Origin: Candidatus Nanopelagicaceae bacterium
GTDB taxonomy: Bacteria; Actinomycetota; Actinomycetes; Nanopelagicales; Nanopelagicaceae
Direction: 5' to 3'
Assembly (NCBI GenBank): GCA_040402395.1
Contig: JBBAMQ010000002.1
Location: forward strand, 37,376 to 101,375
Length of the DNA stretch: 64,000 bases
The position numbers were made by a program, and so were the translations under genes. Below the pieces are notes generated by a model. The model saw only the letters and a program-made list of their open reading frames with translations, ran no database searches and was not told the origin of the DNA. Shown in pieces: positions 20,349 through 31,425 of the stretch. The first letter of the stretch is position 1. Every line of letters begins with the position of its first letter.

Positions 20349-21277
20349 GGCAACTCTCTATGGGCGAAGCCAATCGCTTCCTGCAAACTGGCAAAACCTT
20401 TCTCGATCAATATTGCTTCGAGTTCCGTTTTTACTTTGATAACAGCTGATGGGTTACCAAAGTTCGCAGTGCCAACCGATACCGCAGAAGCGCCGGCGAG
20501 GATAAATTCAAAGGCATCTCGACCATTGGTGATTCCTCCCATGCCAAGAATAGGTAGTTGCGGCAGCGCCGCGTGTACCTGGTATACCGCCCTGATCGCG
20601 ACCGGACGAATAGCCGGACCACTCAGGCCACCCGTCTTCTGTGCGAGTTTTGGATGCATGGTGTTCGTATCAATCACCATACCTAGAAGAGTATTAATGA
20701 GTGCAACACCATCCGCGCCAGCATCTGATACAGCTTTCGCAATCGCAACGATATCTGTTACGTCGGGTGAGAGCTTGGCAATTATTGGTAGCTCACCTCC
20801 GATATTGCGTCGAACCGCTTCGATGGCGGCTCGCGCCGTATCGGGCTGGCAAGAGAAGACCATGCCACGATTCTCGACGTTTGGGCACGAAATATTTACT
20901 TCTAGCGCAACAACACCGGAGAGGTTACGCATCTTCCGCGCCAAGATTGCATAATCTTCGACGCTCTCCCCTGCGATGCTGACGATTGTTCTAGCACCTT
21001 GCGAGGCTAGCCACGGAATGTCGTTCTCTAAAAATGCATCTACCCCAGGGCCTTGCAGTCCAATTGAATTGAGCATGCCGCTCGGAGTCTCTGCCATTCT
21101 TGGTGTCGGTCGCCCATTTCTGGCTTTGACCATGATTGATTTAGTAACGACCGCGCCAAGTTCTCGTAACGAGAAGAATTGCACAAGTTCCTTGCCCGAC
21201 CCAGCACAGCCACTGGCGGTAAGAACTGGGTTAGGAAGAAGAGCACCAGCAAGATTTGTCGCAAAAGAAAAAGTCAT
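20345..21277 (-). CDS. pyrD: dihydroorotate dehydrogenase, class 1B catalytic subunit
   Basis: NPVLTASGC, NISCPN, GGLSGPAIRP and GMGGI motifs. Preceded by pyrK. Confidence 0.9.
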   Translation of the reverse strand: MTFSFATNLAGALLPNPVLTASGCAGSGKELVQFFSLRELGAVVTKSIMVKARNGRPTPRMAETPSGMLNSIGLQGPGVDAFLENDIPWLASQGARTIVSIAGESVEDYAILARKMRNLSGVVALEVNISCPNVENRGMVFSCQPDTARAAIEAVRRNIGGELPIIAKLSPDVTDIVAIAKAVSDAGADGVALINTLLGMVIDTNTMHPKLAQKTGGLSGPAIRPVAIRAVYQVHAALPQLPILGMGGITNGRDAFEFILAGASAVSVGTANFGNPSAVIKVKTELEAILIEKGFASLQEAIGFAHRELP

Positions 21278-22122
21278 TGTCCACTCTTCCCTTCATCGCT
21301 AGCGGATCTCTTATCCCAAATAACCTGGGACCCATCCATGACCGGACCATCGATGCATGATCGAAGCATTTTCACAACGCCGCCATCACCTCGGACTGGA
21401 ACAACACAGGTCATGCAGACCCCTATGCCGCAAGCCATTGATTCTTCAACTGCACATTGATGGAGAATTTGATAATGCTCACTCACCTTGGTGATGGCGG
21501 CCAACATCCCCATCGGCCCACACGAATAAATAATCTCAATCTCATTCTCTTCAATCAGCGCTGGCAGAACATCAGTGATCTGTCCTTTGATGCCAGTTGA
21601 GCCATCATCGGTTGTGAGAGTAAGAGTTGATACCGACCTTTTACCATCAAGTGGCGCATAAATCTTCACCGCGGTGCTTGCTCCTAAGACCATATCCACT
21701 CTGGAGCCTCGTTGTTTCAATAGTTCGGCCAATCCAAAGAGCGGTGCGCTGCCATAGCCGCCGCCAACGAGAAGGGCACGAACAGGCTCGGTTGGAATCC
21801 CAAACGCAGTACCAAGAGGCACGACCATATCAACGCTCTCGCCAGCGCCAAGCGCGGTCAACCAACGACTGCCTTGACCATGGGGGGCCACCACTAATTC
21901 AATGAGGCCGCCACCCACTCCCCGCTCGGTAGATCTATAAATCGCAAACGCGCGTCGCAGAATCATCGAGGAACCTTCACCACCGACTGCAATAGCAACG
22001 AAATTACCTGGTCTGGCTTGAGCGGCCTGTTCGCCAACCGCAAAGACCATGTGATGGTAAGCGCCGACCTTTTTATTACTCATCACTTCAGCGGTTATCT
22101 GTTTTGCACGAGGGTTGATCAT
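21274..22122 (-). CDS. pyrK: dihydroorotate dehydrogenase electron-transfer subunit (FAD/[2Fe-2S])
   Basis: RRAFAI flavin-binding motif, GGGYG, and the C-terminal cluster [17 protein letters not shown]. The ATG at 22122 forms an ATGA overlap with the carB stop. Confidence 0.85.
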   Translation of the reverse strand: MINPRAKQITAEVMSNKKVGAYHHMVFAVGEQAAQARPGNFVAIAVGGEGSSMILRRAFAIYRSTERGVGGGLIELVVAPHGQGSRWLTALGAGESVDMVVPLGTAFGIPTEPVRALLVGGGYGSAPLFGLAELLKQRGSRVDMVLGASTAVKIYAPLDGKRSVSTLTLTTDDGSTGIKGQITDVLPALIEENEIEIIYSCGPMGMLAAITKVSEHYQILHQCAVEESMACGIGVCMTCVVPVRGDGGVVKMLRSCIDGPVMDGSQVIWDKRSASDEGKSGQ

Positions 22123-25100
22123 AATTTCGTACTTACTATCTGCCACTCCTGAAGAGATTTAATTTCAAAGCTCCGATGCTGCATCTCTCGAATACCTTCA
22201 ACCGCTGCCTTGAATCCTGCGATCGTAGTAATAATTGGAATCGATCGCTGAACAGCCGCTGTTCTAATCAACCAGCCATCCTGTCGACTTCCTCTTCCCA
22301 GTGGCGTATTTATCACCAAATCAACCAACGAGCTCGTGACGATATCGACCGCAGATAGACCTGCGCCATCCGTATCTGAGTTTTTTCGGACCAATTTCGA
22401 TGGAATCCCACTTTTAGCAAGATAGTCGTGCGTGCCACTTGTCGAATAAATAATGAACCCTAGGTCAGATAACGCCTGGGTTGGTTCAAGTGCCGCTGCC
22501 TTATCTTGATCAGAGATTGAAATAAATACTGAACCGCTCATCGGGAGTGGGCCGAAGGCTGCGATCTGACTCTTTGCATAGGCTTGGCCAAAAGTTGCTG
22601 CTATACCCATTACTTCTCCAGTCGAGCGCATCTCAGGCCCGAGAACTGAATCAACGCCACTTCCATCTAATCGACGGAAACGATTCCACGGCAAGACCGC
22701 TTCCTTCACGGAGAGGCCGTTGGCGACGCCATCCCCAGTTGCGGGGAGAGTGCCAAGGATCCGAAGTTCACTGATCGTTTTGCCCGTTGCAATCAACGAC
22801 GCTGCCTTGGCAAGGGAGACACCGGTCGCTTTACTCACAAATGGGACGGTTCGTGAGGCGCGTGGATTGGCCTCGATAACGTAAAGCGAGCCATCCCGAG
22901 TGAGTGCATATTGAATATTGATTAACCCCAGTACCCCAACGTTGGAGGCAATCTTGAGCGTTGCTTCGCGGATCTCTTTGAGTTGGGACGGAGTCAGAGT
23001 AATGCTCGGGAGAACGCAGGCCGAATCTCCCGAATGAATTCCAGCTTCTTCGATATGTTCCATCACGCCTGCCAAAAAAAGTTCTGAACCATCAAAGAGC
23101 GCATCGACATCGATCTCTATCGCATCATCGAGGAATCGATCTATAAGGACTGGATGGTTCGGAGTAATTTCCGTAGCCTTTTGGATGAATTCTTCGAGTG
23201 ATTCATCGTCATACACGATCTCCATCCCACGCCCACCCAAAACAAAAGATGGTCTCACCAAGACCGGATAGTTAATTCGATGCGCAATGATCTTTGCCTC
23301 TTCGAAAGAACGCGCCATTCCAAATTCTGGCGCACGCAAACCACTCTTCTCCAAGATTTTTCCAAATTCACCTCGATCTTCTGCGAGATCAATCGCACCG
23401 GGTGACGTCCCCAAAATAGTGACACCAGCTTCGAATAGCCCGCGAGCTAAGCCAAGCGGGGTTTGTCCGCCAAGTTGTGCAATTACACCGAGGACTGGAC
23501 CTGCAGCGCTCTCGGCATGAATGACTTCAAGGACATCTTCGAGCGTTAACGGTTCGAAATAAAGGCGATCAGAAGTATCGTAATCGGTAGAAACCGTCTC
23601 GGGATTGCAGTTGATCATGATCGTCTCGTATCCCGCTTCGCGAAGCGCAAAAGCCGCATGAACGCATGAATAATCAAACTCAACGCCTTGACCAATTCGA
23701 TTCGGTCCACTACCGAGTATAAATACCGCTGGCTTTGTGCGTGGGCGAACTTCGTTCTCCTCTTCATACGATGAATAGTGATAAGGCGTATGTGCTTGGA
23801 ATTCTGCGGCACAGGTGTCTACCGTCTTGTAAACTGGGCGAATATTCAAACGCTCGCGCATCAACCTGACCTCTGCCTCAGGCGTTAATCGAATCTGTGC
23901 AATCTGAGCATCTGAAAATCCGAGCCGTTTTGCGCGACGGATCAGACCTTCATCGAGCTCGGATGCGAGAGCGACCTCAGATGCCATGATATTGATGATC
24001 TCAATCTGAGCAAGAAACCACGGATCAATCTTGGTTGAAGCGAAGATTCTCTCGACCGATGCGCCGAGAGCCATAGCGCGTTGTACATCTTGGAGGCGAT
24101 ACTCAGTTGGAATATGGATCCGCTCCATGAGCGCTTCGAGCGGATCGCCTGTCACATCCCAAGAAAAGCTCATCCCTTTCTTCTCGACTGAACGGAGTGC
24201 CTTCTGTAGCGCTTCAGGGAAACTGCGGCCGATTGCCATCGCTTCGCCAACGGACTTCATTGTCGTCGTAAGTCGTTCATCGGCTTCGGGGAACTTTTCG
24301 AATGCGAAGCGAGGAACTTTGACCACGACGTAATCCAGGGTTGGTTCAAATGAAGCAGGCGTGGATTTGGTGATATCGTTTTGAATTTCATCAAGGGTGT
24401 AACCAATCGCTAGCTTGGTAGCAATCTTTGCGATCGGAAAACCCGTAGCTTTCGAAGCGAGAGCGGATGAGCGCGAGACACGTGGATTCATTTCTATCAC
24501 GATTACTCGACCATCTTGTGGATTTACCGCAAACTGGATGTTACAGCCACCCGTGGCTACTCCGACTTCACGGATAATTTCGATGGAAAGATCCCGTAGT
24601 TTTTGATACTCGACATCGGTAAGGGTCATCGCAGGTGCTACGGTTATTGAATCCCCAGTATGAACACCCATCGGATCGAAATTCTCGATACTGCAGACGA
24701 TAACAACATTGTCTTTATGGTCGCGCATCACCTCTAATTCATACTCTTTCCAACCAATAATTGATTCTTCCAAAAGTACTTCTGTCGTGGGACTATGTCG
24801 CAATCCAGCACCAGCGATTCGCTCTAGTTCACTTTGGTCGTACGCGATACCTGATCCAAGACCACCCATTGTGAACGAGGGACGCACGACGACGGGATAT
24901 TTCAATTCGACGGCAGCTGCGAAGCATTCATGCATCGAGTGGCAGATAATGGACGAGGCTGATTCTCCCCCGATCTTTGCGACAATTCCCTTAAAGAGTT
25001 CGCGATCCTCTCCCCTCTTGATGGCATCTATATTCGCACCGATCAACCTCGCCCCATATTTTTCAAAAGAGCCACGCTCAAAGAGGGCCATTGCGGCATT

Positions 25101-25388
25101 GAGAGCGGTCTGTCCGCCAAGGGTTGCTAAGACCGCATCTGGCCTCTCCTTTGCAAGAATCATTTCTATAATTTCTGGAGTAATCGGTTCGATATATGTG
25201 GCATCAGCAAATTCAGGGTCGGTCATGATCGTCGCAGGATTCGAGTTAATAAGAATGGTACGAATACCTTCTTCTCGAAGAACTCGACAAGCCTGCGTAC
25301 CGGAGTAATCAAATTCGCAAGCTTGCCCAATAACGATGGGACCTGATCCGATAACGAGGACACTGGTGATTGTTGAATCCTTAGGCAC
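22119..25388 (-). CDS. carB: carbamoyl-phosphate synthase large subunit
   Basis: 1089 aa with duplicated ATP-grasp halves ([14 protein letters not shown] and [14 protein letters not shown]) and a C-terminal MGS-like domain. Confidence 0.95.
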   Translation of the reverse strand: MPKDSTITSVLVIGSGPIVIGQACEFDYSGTQACRVLREEGIRTILINSNPATIMTDPEFADATYIEPITPEIIEMILAKERPDAVLATLGGQTALNAAMALFERGSFEKYGARLIGANIDAIKRGEDRELFKGIVAKIGGESASSIICHSMHECFAAAVELKYPVVVRPSFTMGGLGSGIAYDQSELERIAGAGLRHSPTTEVLLEESIIGWKEYELEVMRDHKDNVVIVCSIENFDPMGVHTGDSITVAPAMTLTDVEYQKLRDLSIEIIREVGVATGGCNIQFAVNPQDGRVIVIEMNPRVSRSSALASKATGFPIAKIATKLAIGYTLDEIQNDITKSTPASFEPTLDYVVVKVPRFAFEKFPEADERLTTTMKSVGEAMAIGRSFPEALQKALRSVEKKGMSFSWDVTGDPLEALMERIHIPTEYRLQDVQRAMALGASVERIFASTKIDPWFLAQIEIINIMASEVALASELDEGLIRRAKRLGFSDAQIAQIRLTPEAEVRLMRERLNIRPVYKTVDTCAAEFQAHTPYHYSSYEEENEVRPRTKPAVFILGSGPNRIGQGVEFDYSCVHAAFALREAGYETIMINCNPETVSTDYDTSDRLYFEPLTLEDVLEVIHAESAAGPVLGVIAQLGGQTPLGLARGLFEAGVTILGTSPGAIDLAEDRGEFGKILEKSGLRAPEFGMARSFEEAKIIAHRINYPVLVRPSFVLGGRGMEIVYDDESLEEFIQKATEITPNHPVLIDRFLDDAIEIDVDALFDGSELFLAGVMEHIEEAGIHSGDSACVLPSITLTPSQLKEIREATLKIASNVGVLGLINIQYALTRDGSLYVIEANPRASRTVPFVSKATGVSLAKAASLIATGKTISELRILGTLPATGDGVANGLSVKEAVLPWNRFRRLDGSGVDSVLGPEMRSTGEVMGIAATFGQAYAKSQIAAFGPLPMSGSVFISISDQDKAAALEPTQALSDLGFIIYSTSGTHDYLAKSGIPSKLVRKNSDTDGAGLSAVDIVTSSLVDLVINTPLGRGSRQDGWLIRTAAVQRSIPIITTIAGFKAAVEGIREMQHRSFEIKSLQEWQIVSTKL

Positions 25389-26514
25389 GCTTCTTTACTC
25401 CACTCTCTTTTTCCATCATCTGGGCGAAGTGATCGAAGAGATAGGCGGCATCGTGTGGTCCGGCTGCTGACTCTGGATGGTACTGAACACTAAAGGCGGG
25501 GTGTTCCAACAGTTCCAAACCTTCAACTACACCATCGTTGAGTGAGATGTGGCTAACGTGACCAGCTCCGAAGACCGTGGTGAAGTTCCGATCGATCGGT
25601 GCATCAACTGCAAATCCGTGATTATGAGCCGTGATCTCTACCTTGCCGGTTTGAAGATTCTGCACCGGCTGATTCATTCCACGATGTCCGAACGGTAATT
25701 TGTAGGTATTGAATCCAAGGGCGCGACCGAGTATCTGGTGTCCAAAGCAGATCCCGAAGACCGGTAACGATCTGTTCAGGAATTCACGAACCAGTTGAAC
25801 CATTTCATCCATCGTCGCTGGATCACCCGGTCCGTTTGAGAGGAAGAGGCCATCAGGAGCCACAGCTTGAATCTCATCAATCGTCGCCGTCATCGGGAAT
25901 ACGTGAACTTCCATACCCCGTAACGACATATGTCTGGGAGTGGCAGATTTGATCCCAAGGTCAATGGCTGCGACGGTAAATTTTATATCAACACCTGGCG
26001 GTGGTGAAACCACATACTTTGATGCAGTCGTGACATCAGCAGCCAGAAAGGCTCCCGACATGGCCGGGATAGACCGAACTTTTCTCACCATCTCTTCCCG
26101 TGAAAGCGAGGTCGCGGAGAAGATTCCAACTCGCATCGATCCAGTATCACGTAGATGGCGAGTGATGGCCCGAGTATCTACACCGGAGATACCAACCACG
26201 CCGGCATCAATTAAGGAAGCTTCCAAGCTTCCTTCAGAACGCCAATTCGAGGTCCGTGGTGAAGGATTCCGGACCACGAAGCCAGCGACCCAGATCTTCT
26301 TTGATTCCATATCTTCTGGATTCATCCCGGTATTTCCAATATGAGGAGCGGTCATTATCACGATCTGTTTGTGATAACTCGGATCAGAAAGTGTCTCCTG
26401 ATAGCCAGTCATTCCCGTGGAAAAAACTGCTTCACCAAATGCTTCCCCTTCGCAGGCCCACGATTCACCTTCGAAGATTCCACCATCATCTAAAACGAGA
26501 AAGGCCTTAGCCAC
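25381..26514 (-). CDS. carA: carbamoyl-phosphate synthase small (glutaminase) subunit
   Basis: GICFGHQ catalytic Cys, and HNHG and QYHPE. The GTG at 26514 ([11 protein letters not shown]) has a GAGG Shine-Dalgarno sequence 6 nt upstream. The ORF track extends to 26550. Confidence 0.9.
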   Translation of the reverse strand: MAKAFLVLDDGGIFEGESWACEGEAFGEAVFSTGMTGYQETLSDPSYHKQIVIMTAPHIGNTGMNPEDMESKKIWVAGFVVRNPSPRTSNWRSEGSLEASLIDAGVVGISGVDTRAITRHLRDTGSMRVGIFSATSLSREEMVRKVRSIPAMSGAFLAADVTTASKYVVSPPPGVDIKFTVAAIDLGIKSATPRHMSLRGMEVHVFPMTATIDEIQAVAPDGLFLSNGPGDPATMDEMVQLVREFLNRSLPVFGICFGHQILGRALGFNTYKLPFGHRGMNQPVQNLQTGKVEITAHNHGFAVDAPIDRNFTTVFGAGHVSHISLNDGVVEGLELLEHPAFSVQYHPESAAGPHDAAYLFDHFAQMMEKESGVKKRA

Positions 26515-27805
26515 GATGGACCTCAAATAGCTTCTTGTCGCGAAGGACAATCCTTCCCCGAAAAATAGTATGTACGACCTCGCCAGTTAGAACCATTCCA
26601 TGAAACGGCGTGTTCTTACTCTTGGAGAACAGCTCATCGCGATGGATTTGTTTCTCCGCTGAACCATCGACAAGGGCGATATTTGCAGAACTGCCAACGG
26701 CTATTGCTTGACCCTGTTCGATATAGCCTCCTATCCGTGCTGGCGCCGTCGACATAACCTCAGCTAACCGATCCCAACCCATCAGCCCAGACGAAATCAT
26801 GGTCGATACTACGACTGACAGCGCGCTTTCCAGTCCGACCATACCGAAAGCAGCGGATCCCCATTCGCAATCTTTATCTTCATTGGCATGAGGGGCATGA
26901 TCAGTTGCCACGATATCGATCGTCCCATCTGCAAGAGCAGCACGAAGTGCCTCAACATCTTTTACGCCGCGAAGTGGCGGATTCACCTTGAAAATAGGAT
27001 CGTAGGATCTCACCATCTCCTCTGTCAGGAGTAGGTGGTGCGGTGTGACTTCTGCTGTTACGAGTGAGCCACGAGCTTTCGCCCAACGAATGATCTCAAC
27101 CGAACCCTTGGTGGATACATGGCAGATGTGCAACCGACTCTTCACCATATCGGCCAAAAGAATGTCACGCATGATGATTGATTCCTCGGCAACTGCGGGC
27201 CATCCAGCCAAACCGAGCTCGGAGGCAACGGCTCCTTCATTCATTTGAGATCCGATAGTGAGGCGAGGCTCTTGGGCATGTTGCGCGATTACTCCCCCGA
27301 AGCTTTTTACGTATTCGAGAGCTCTACGCATCAGAAGCGGATCACTCACGCACTTTCCATCATCGCTAAAAATTCGCACCCGAGCAGCTGAATCTGCCAT
27401 TGCGCCGATTTCCGCAAGTCGCTCACCAGCGAGTCCCTCACTCACTGCGCCGATTGGGTAGACATCACAGAGCGCCGCGTCTTTTCCGAGTCGCCATACC
27501 TGTTCGACTACGCCAGCTGAATCTGCAACTGGATTGGTATTCGCCATCGCGGAAATTGCGGTGTATCCCCCTCGAACAGCAGCCCGAGAGCCTGTTAGTA
27601 CCGTTTCAGTATTCTCTTTACCTGGTTCACGAAGATGGGTGTGAAGATCGACGAATCCGGGCAAGGCACGTAAAGCGCTGCAATCTATAAGATCACCTGT
27701 TGAATACAAATCAGTGCCTATCTCGGAAATCAAATTTTCTACGATACGAATATCCACGACCGAACCACCCGCCAAGGTAGCTGCCTTTAACAAAATCTCA
27801 CTCAT
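26507..27805 (-). CDS. pyrC: dihydroorotase
   Basis: [11 protein letters not shown], the metal ligands in ICHVST, and ATDHAPH. Confidence 0.9.
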   Translation of the reverse strand: MSEILLKAATLAGGSVVDIRIVENLISEIGTDLYSTGDLIDCSALRALPGFVDLHTHLREPGKENTETVLTGSRAAVRGGYTAISAMANTNPVADSAGVVEQVWRLGKDAALCDVYPIGAVSEGLAGERLAEIGAMADSAARVRIFSDDGKCVSDPLLMRRALEYVKSFGGVIAQHAQEPRLTIGSQMNEGAVASELGLAGWPAVAEESIIMRDILLADMVKSRLHICHVSTKGSVEIIRWAKARGSLVTAEVTPHHLLLTEEMVRSYDPIFKVNPPLRGVKDVEALRAALADGTIDIVATDHAPHANEDKDCEWGSAAFGMVGLESALSVVVSTMISSGLMGWDRLAEVMSTAPARIGGYIEQGQAIAVGSSANIALVDGSAEKQIHRDELFSKSKNTPFHGMVLTGEVVHTIFRGRIVLRDKKLFEVHRG

Positions 27806-28755
27806 GAGCCACCCCCTGAAAGTTGCATATCGGGTCCCCCCAGCAATTGATACAAGACCGCCATCCGAACCAACACGCCATTCGAGACCTGCTCTATTAC
27901 AACAGATTTCTTCGAATCTGCACTACCCGCACTTATCTCTAACCCTCTATTCATTGGTCCTGGATGCATCACGATTGCATCAGCCTTCAACCGCGAAAGC
28001 CGCGCTTCATCCAAACCATAACTCCGTGAATACTCGCGACCATTAGGGAAGAAAGATTCATTCATTCGTTCGAGTTGAACTCTCAGCATCATGACCACAT
28101 CGAACTGATCGAGCTCGCTGTCGAAGTCGTAACTAAAAGGAACTCTCCAACTGTCAATACCAACTGGGAAGAGAGTAGGTGGTGCGATCAGAGTCACGTG
28201 GGCACCCAATTTTTTAAGAAGTTTTACATTACTTCGCGCGACTCGTGAATGGAGAATGTCTCCGACGATCGCGATATTGAGACCATTAAAATCTCGACCC
28301 GTAGGATTAAAACGCTTACGAATCGTAAAAGCATCAAGAAGTGCTTGGGTCGGGTGCTCGTGAGTTCCATCCCCAGCATTAATGATCGAAGCGCTCACCC
28401 AACCACTCTCGGCTAAGCGTTTTGCCGAACCGGATGCTGGGTGTCGAATCACGATTGCATCCGCTCCCATGGCCTGCAAGGTCTGTGCAGTGTCCTTAAG
28501 GCTCTCGCCCTTGCTAATACTCGAACCCTTCGCCGTGAAATTAGTGACATCAGCAGAGAGTCGTTTCGCTGCTGCCTCAAAAGATAATCGGGTGCGGGTT
28601 GAATCTTCGAAGAAGAGATTAACCACCGTTCGTCCGCGAAGGGTCGGTAATTTCTTGACTGTTCCAGCTGTCAACGTTTCAAGATGAGCAGCAACATCGA
28701 GGAGTTCAAATGTTTGGTCAACTGACAGGTCATCAACCGAGAGCAGGTGCCTCAT
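27802..28755 (-). CDS. pyrB: aspartate carbamoyltransferase catalytic subunit
   Basis: [17 protein letters not shown], and HPGP. ATGA overlaps at both ends. Confidence 0.95.
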   Translation of the reverse strand: MRHLLSVDDLSVDQTFELLDVAAHLETLTAGTVKKLPTLRGRTVVNLFFEDSTRTRLSFEAAAKRLSADVTNFTAKGSSISKGESLKDTAQTLQAMGADAIVIRHPASGSAKRLAESGWVSASIINAGDGTHEHPTQALLDAFTIRKRFNPTGRDFNGLNIAIVGDILHSRVARSNVKLLKKLGAHVTLIAPPTLFPVGIDSWRVPFSYDFDSELDQFDVVMMLRVQLERMNESFFPNGREYSRSYGLDEARLSRLKADAIVMHPGPMNRGLEISAGSADSKKSVVIEQVSNGVLVRMAVLYQLLGGPDMQLSGGGS

Positions 28756-29282
28756 GGCTGTACCGTCAGAATCTCGACCAGATCGCGCTCATCACATTCC
28801 GTCAGATAGACCTTTACCGATTCCTTGAATGATGTGGGGATATTTTTACCGACATAATCCGCTCGAATTGGAAGCTCGCGATGGCCACGATCGACGAGCA
28901 CTGCAAGTTGGACCGATCTCGGTCTTCCTAATTCACCGAGCGCATCGAGGGCAGCGCGAATCGTTCGACCTGAAAAGAGAACATCATCGACCAGGACAAC
29001 ATCTCTCCCATCTATCCCACCCGCAGGCATCAGTGTCTGGGCAAGGGCCCGAGGAATACGCAAGCGATGGTCATCGCGGTGCATCGTGATATCAAGACTC
29101 CCTGTTGGAATGGGGCCTTCGATTCCCTCGATGATGGATGCAAGCCGCTGCGCGAGATACTTACCGCGGGTCGGAATACCCATGAGAACTAGCTCTGAAA
29201 TACCACGATTATGTTCCACGATTTCATGGGAGATTCGTTTGAGGGCACGATTAATCTCGCCACTATCAAGCACAAGGCTCAT
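28752..29282 (-). CDS. pyrR: bifunctional pyrimidine operon regulator / uracil phosphoribosyltransferase PyrR
   Basis: [12 protein letters not shown], the PRPP-binding motif, and its position as first gene of the pyr operon. The ATG at 29282 lies 5 nt after the GAAGGAG Shine-Dalgarno sequence. The track's GTG at 29288 lies inside that sequence. Confidence 0.9.
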   Translation of the reverse strand: MSLVLDSGEINRALKRISHEIVEHNRGISELVLMGIPTRGKYLAQRLASIIEGIEGPIPTGSLDITMHRDDHRLRIPRALAQTLMPAGGIDGRDVVLVDDVLFSGRTIRAALDALGELGRPRSVQLAVLVDRGHRELPIRADYVGKNIPTSFKESVKVYLTECDERDLVEILTVQP

Positions 29283-29288
29283 CTTCAC

Positions 29289-29323
29289 TCCTTCACCGGC
29301 TCACAGGACGGTTCGTTAAAGGA
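29289..29323 (-). promoter_or_regulatory. candidate PyrR-binding hairpin that sequesters the pyrR ribosome-binding site
   Basis: The minus-strand RNA is UCCUU-UAACGA-ACCG-UCCUGUGAGC-CGGU-G-AAGGA. The lower stem pairs UCCUU with the AAGGA of the Shine-Dalgarno sequence. CCUUUAA and the loop UCCUGUGAGCC resemble the PyrR binding-loop consensus (..UCCAGAGAGGC..) as I recall it. Confidence 0.45.
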
Positions 29324-29422
29324 TTCAAGGTCTTGATTTTCAGACCGTGATTAATACAGCCGAAGGCTAGCACCTGTGGATAGCCGAAGTCGAAATCGAC
29401 CCTTCCACCCTATCTTGCTCCT

Positions 29423-29974
29423 ATGAGCCCCCACGCGAGCAACGTAAAGATAGCTGACCACACCGCTGGGAGAGAACCAGAACGAGAACTGAAAGAACTT
29501 GCCGCGATTGGCCGATCGCTACGAGCTATCCGAAGGCAGAAGGGATTAACACTGCGTGATGTTGAGCGGCTCTCCGGTGGGAGTTGGAAAGCTGTTGTGG
29601 TTGGCTCATACGAGCGAGGCGATCGAGCCCTGACACTGAAGCGGGCAGTTGGACTCGCCTCCTTCTATGAAGTTCCACTCGATGAATTACTCGGAATCGT
29701 TCAGGTTACTCAGAAAAGCAAGGACGGTGTGATTTTCAACCTCACCGCTATCCGGGGGAAGGGCAGAGATCTAGCTGGCGACGACCTTATCCCAGAGGCT
29801 CTCATTCGCTACTTACAAGAGATATGTCGCCTTCGGTCAGATTGGAATGGTGAGGTTCTCTCGGTGAGGAGTGGCGATCTCATCGCACTCTCCGTCATTG
29901 CCAATGTAAACATCAGTGCTTTTCCACAGTGGGCGACTCAACACGGTCTGCTCTTATCGATAGCAACTAGCTAA
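29423..29974 (+). CDS. bldD: BldD-family XRE-type transcriptional regulator with a C-terminal c-di-GMP-binding signature
   Basis: LRAIRRQKGLTLRDVERLSGGSWKAVVVGSYERGDRALTL is nearly identical in pattern to the Streptomyces BldD HTH region. The C-terminal RSD-WNGEVLSV-RSGD fits RxD-X8-RxxD. The gene is divergent from pyrR and next to nusB/efp, as in Streptomyces. Confidence 0.8.
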   Translation: MSPHASNVKIADHTAGREPERELKELAAIGRSLRAIRRQKGLTLRDVERLSGGSWKAVVVGSYERGDRALTLKRAVGLASFYEVPLDELLGIVQVTQKSKDGVIFNLTAIRGKGRDLAGDDLIPEALIRYLQEICRLRSDWNGEVLSVRSGDLIALSVIANVNISAFPQWATQHGLLLSIATS

Positions 29975-30374
29975 GAAGCGAACTCTTTATCGCGATAATT
30001 CTTCCTAAAACACCATTGATATAACGAGAAGATTCTGCAGTCGACAGTTCCTCGGCCATTTCAACCGCCTCATTGACAGCGATCTTCTCATCAAGATCAG
30101 ACTCCCAAAGAATTTCATATATTGCGACGCGGAGTAAATTTCGATCTATCGCCGGCATGCGATCCATATCCCAGCCCTGAGCGTAGGTCATGATCAATTC
30201 GTCGAGCTTCTCTCTATGCAGGGCAACACCCTGCAAGAGCCGACCGACATACTCCTCTTGCGAGAGATCGTCTGCGGGGCGAGCGTGATAAAGGTCTAAC
30301 GCAACCGCACTCCGAAGGTCGGCTTCATAGAGAAAATCTAAAGCGCGCTTACGAGCTTTACGACGGGCACTCAC
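29967..30374 (-). CDS. nusB: transcription antitermination factor NusB
   Basis: 135 aa with [14 protein letters not shown] and [19 protein letters not shown] overlap with efp. Confidence 0.9.
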   Translation of the reverse strand: MSARRKARKRALDFLYEADLRSAVALDLYHARPADDLSQEEYVGRLLQGVALHREKLDELIMTYAQGWDMDRMPAIDRNLLRVAIYEILWESDLDEKIAVNEAVEMAEELSTAESSRYINGVLGRIIAIKSSLLS

Positions 30375-30934
30375 GAATTGGCACGACCGAGATAGCCCCC
30401 GGTACGCGTATCGACCAGAATTTTCTCATCTTGCTTGATAAAGAGCGGAACCTGCACGGTGATACCAGTTTCAACCGTGGCTGGCTTATTCCCACCAGAA
30501 GAGCGATCCCCCTGAAGCCCTGGCTCGGTATAGGTAATGATTAGTTCAACCGAAGCTGGAAGTTCGACATAAAGCGGATTTCCTTCGTGGACCGCCACAA
30601 TTGCTTCGCAATTCTCTAACATGTAATCCACTGCATCTCCGACAACAACAGGAGATATATTTATTTGATCATAAGTTTTTATATCCATAAAGACGAAATC
30701 TTCACCATCTTTGTAGAGGAATTGCATATCGCGTTTCTCTACAATGGCAATTTCGACCTTGACACCAGCGTTGAAAGTTTTTTCAACCACCTTACCCGTA
30801 AGAACCTGCTTCATCTTGGTACGGACAAAGGCCGGTCCCTTTCCAGGCTTCACATGCTGAAACTCGATAACGGTCCAGAGCTGACCATCAATATCGAGGG
30901 TCATGCCATTCTTTAGATCATTTGTTGAAGCCAT
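30371..30934 (-). CDS. efp: translation elongation factor P
   Basis: [37 protein letters not shown]. Confidence 0.95.
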   Translation of the reverse strand: MASTNDLKNGMTLDIDGQLWTVIEFQHVKPGKGPAFVRTKMKQVLTGKVVEKTFNAGVKVEIAIVEKRDMQFLYKDGEDFVFMDIKTYDQINISPVVVGDAVDYMLENCEAIVAVHEGNPLYVELPASVELIITYTEPGLQGDRSSGGNKPATVETGITVQVPLFIKQDEKILVDTRTGGYLGRANS

Positions 30935-30996
30935 TAAAATTCCAATCCAGTGACAGCGCTACGAGGTCCAGTCCGGTAAAGAATGAAGAATACCCG

Positions 30997-31425
30997 CTAG
31001 CAGGCGGCTTTCAGCGCAATCAGAGCTAGCCGATAAGAATCAGCGCCAAATCCAGCGATCGTACCCATTACGACCCCGGAAATGACTGAGGTGTGGCGAA
31101 ACTCCTCACGGGCAAGGGGGTTACTAAGGTGGACCTCAATCGCTGGGGCCTTCAACATATCGACCGCATCTCGTATCGCATACGAATAATGGGTGAAAGC
31201 AGCGGGATTAAAGATCACTGGGATCTTCTCATCTGCAGCTTCATGAAGCCAGGTAATAATTTGCACTTCGGAATCAGATTGACGAACATCGGCCTCGAAG
31301 CCAATCTTCTTGGCCTCTGTTTCGATGAAATCTTTGAGTCCGGCAAAATCGAGATCACCATAGAGCGCCGAATTACGCAGGTCGAGCCGACCCAGATTCG
31401 GACCATTGAGTACTAAAACTTTCAT
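30997..31425 (-). CDS. aroQ: type II 3-dehydroquinate dehydratase
   Basis: VLNGPNLGRL, NPAAFTHYS, and EVHLSN. Confidence 0.9.
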   Translation of the reverse strand: MKVLVLNGPNLGRLDLRNSALYGDLDFAGLKDFIETEAKKIGFEADVRQSDSEVQIITWLHEAADEKIPVIFNPAAFTHYSYAIRDAVDMLKAPAIEVHLSNPLAREEFRHTSVISGVVMGTIAGFGADSYRLALIALKAAC

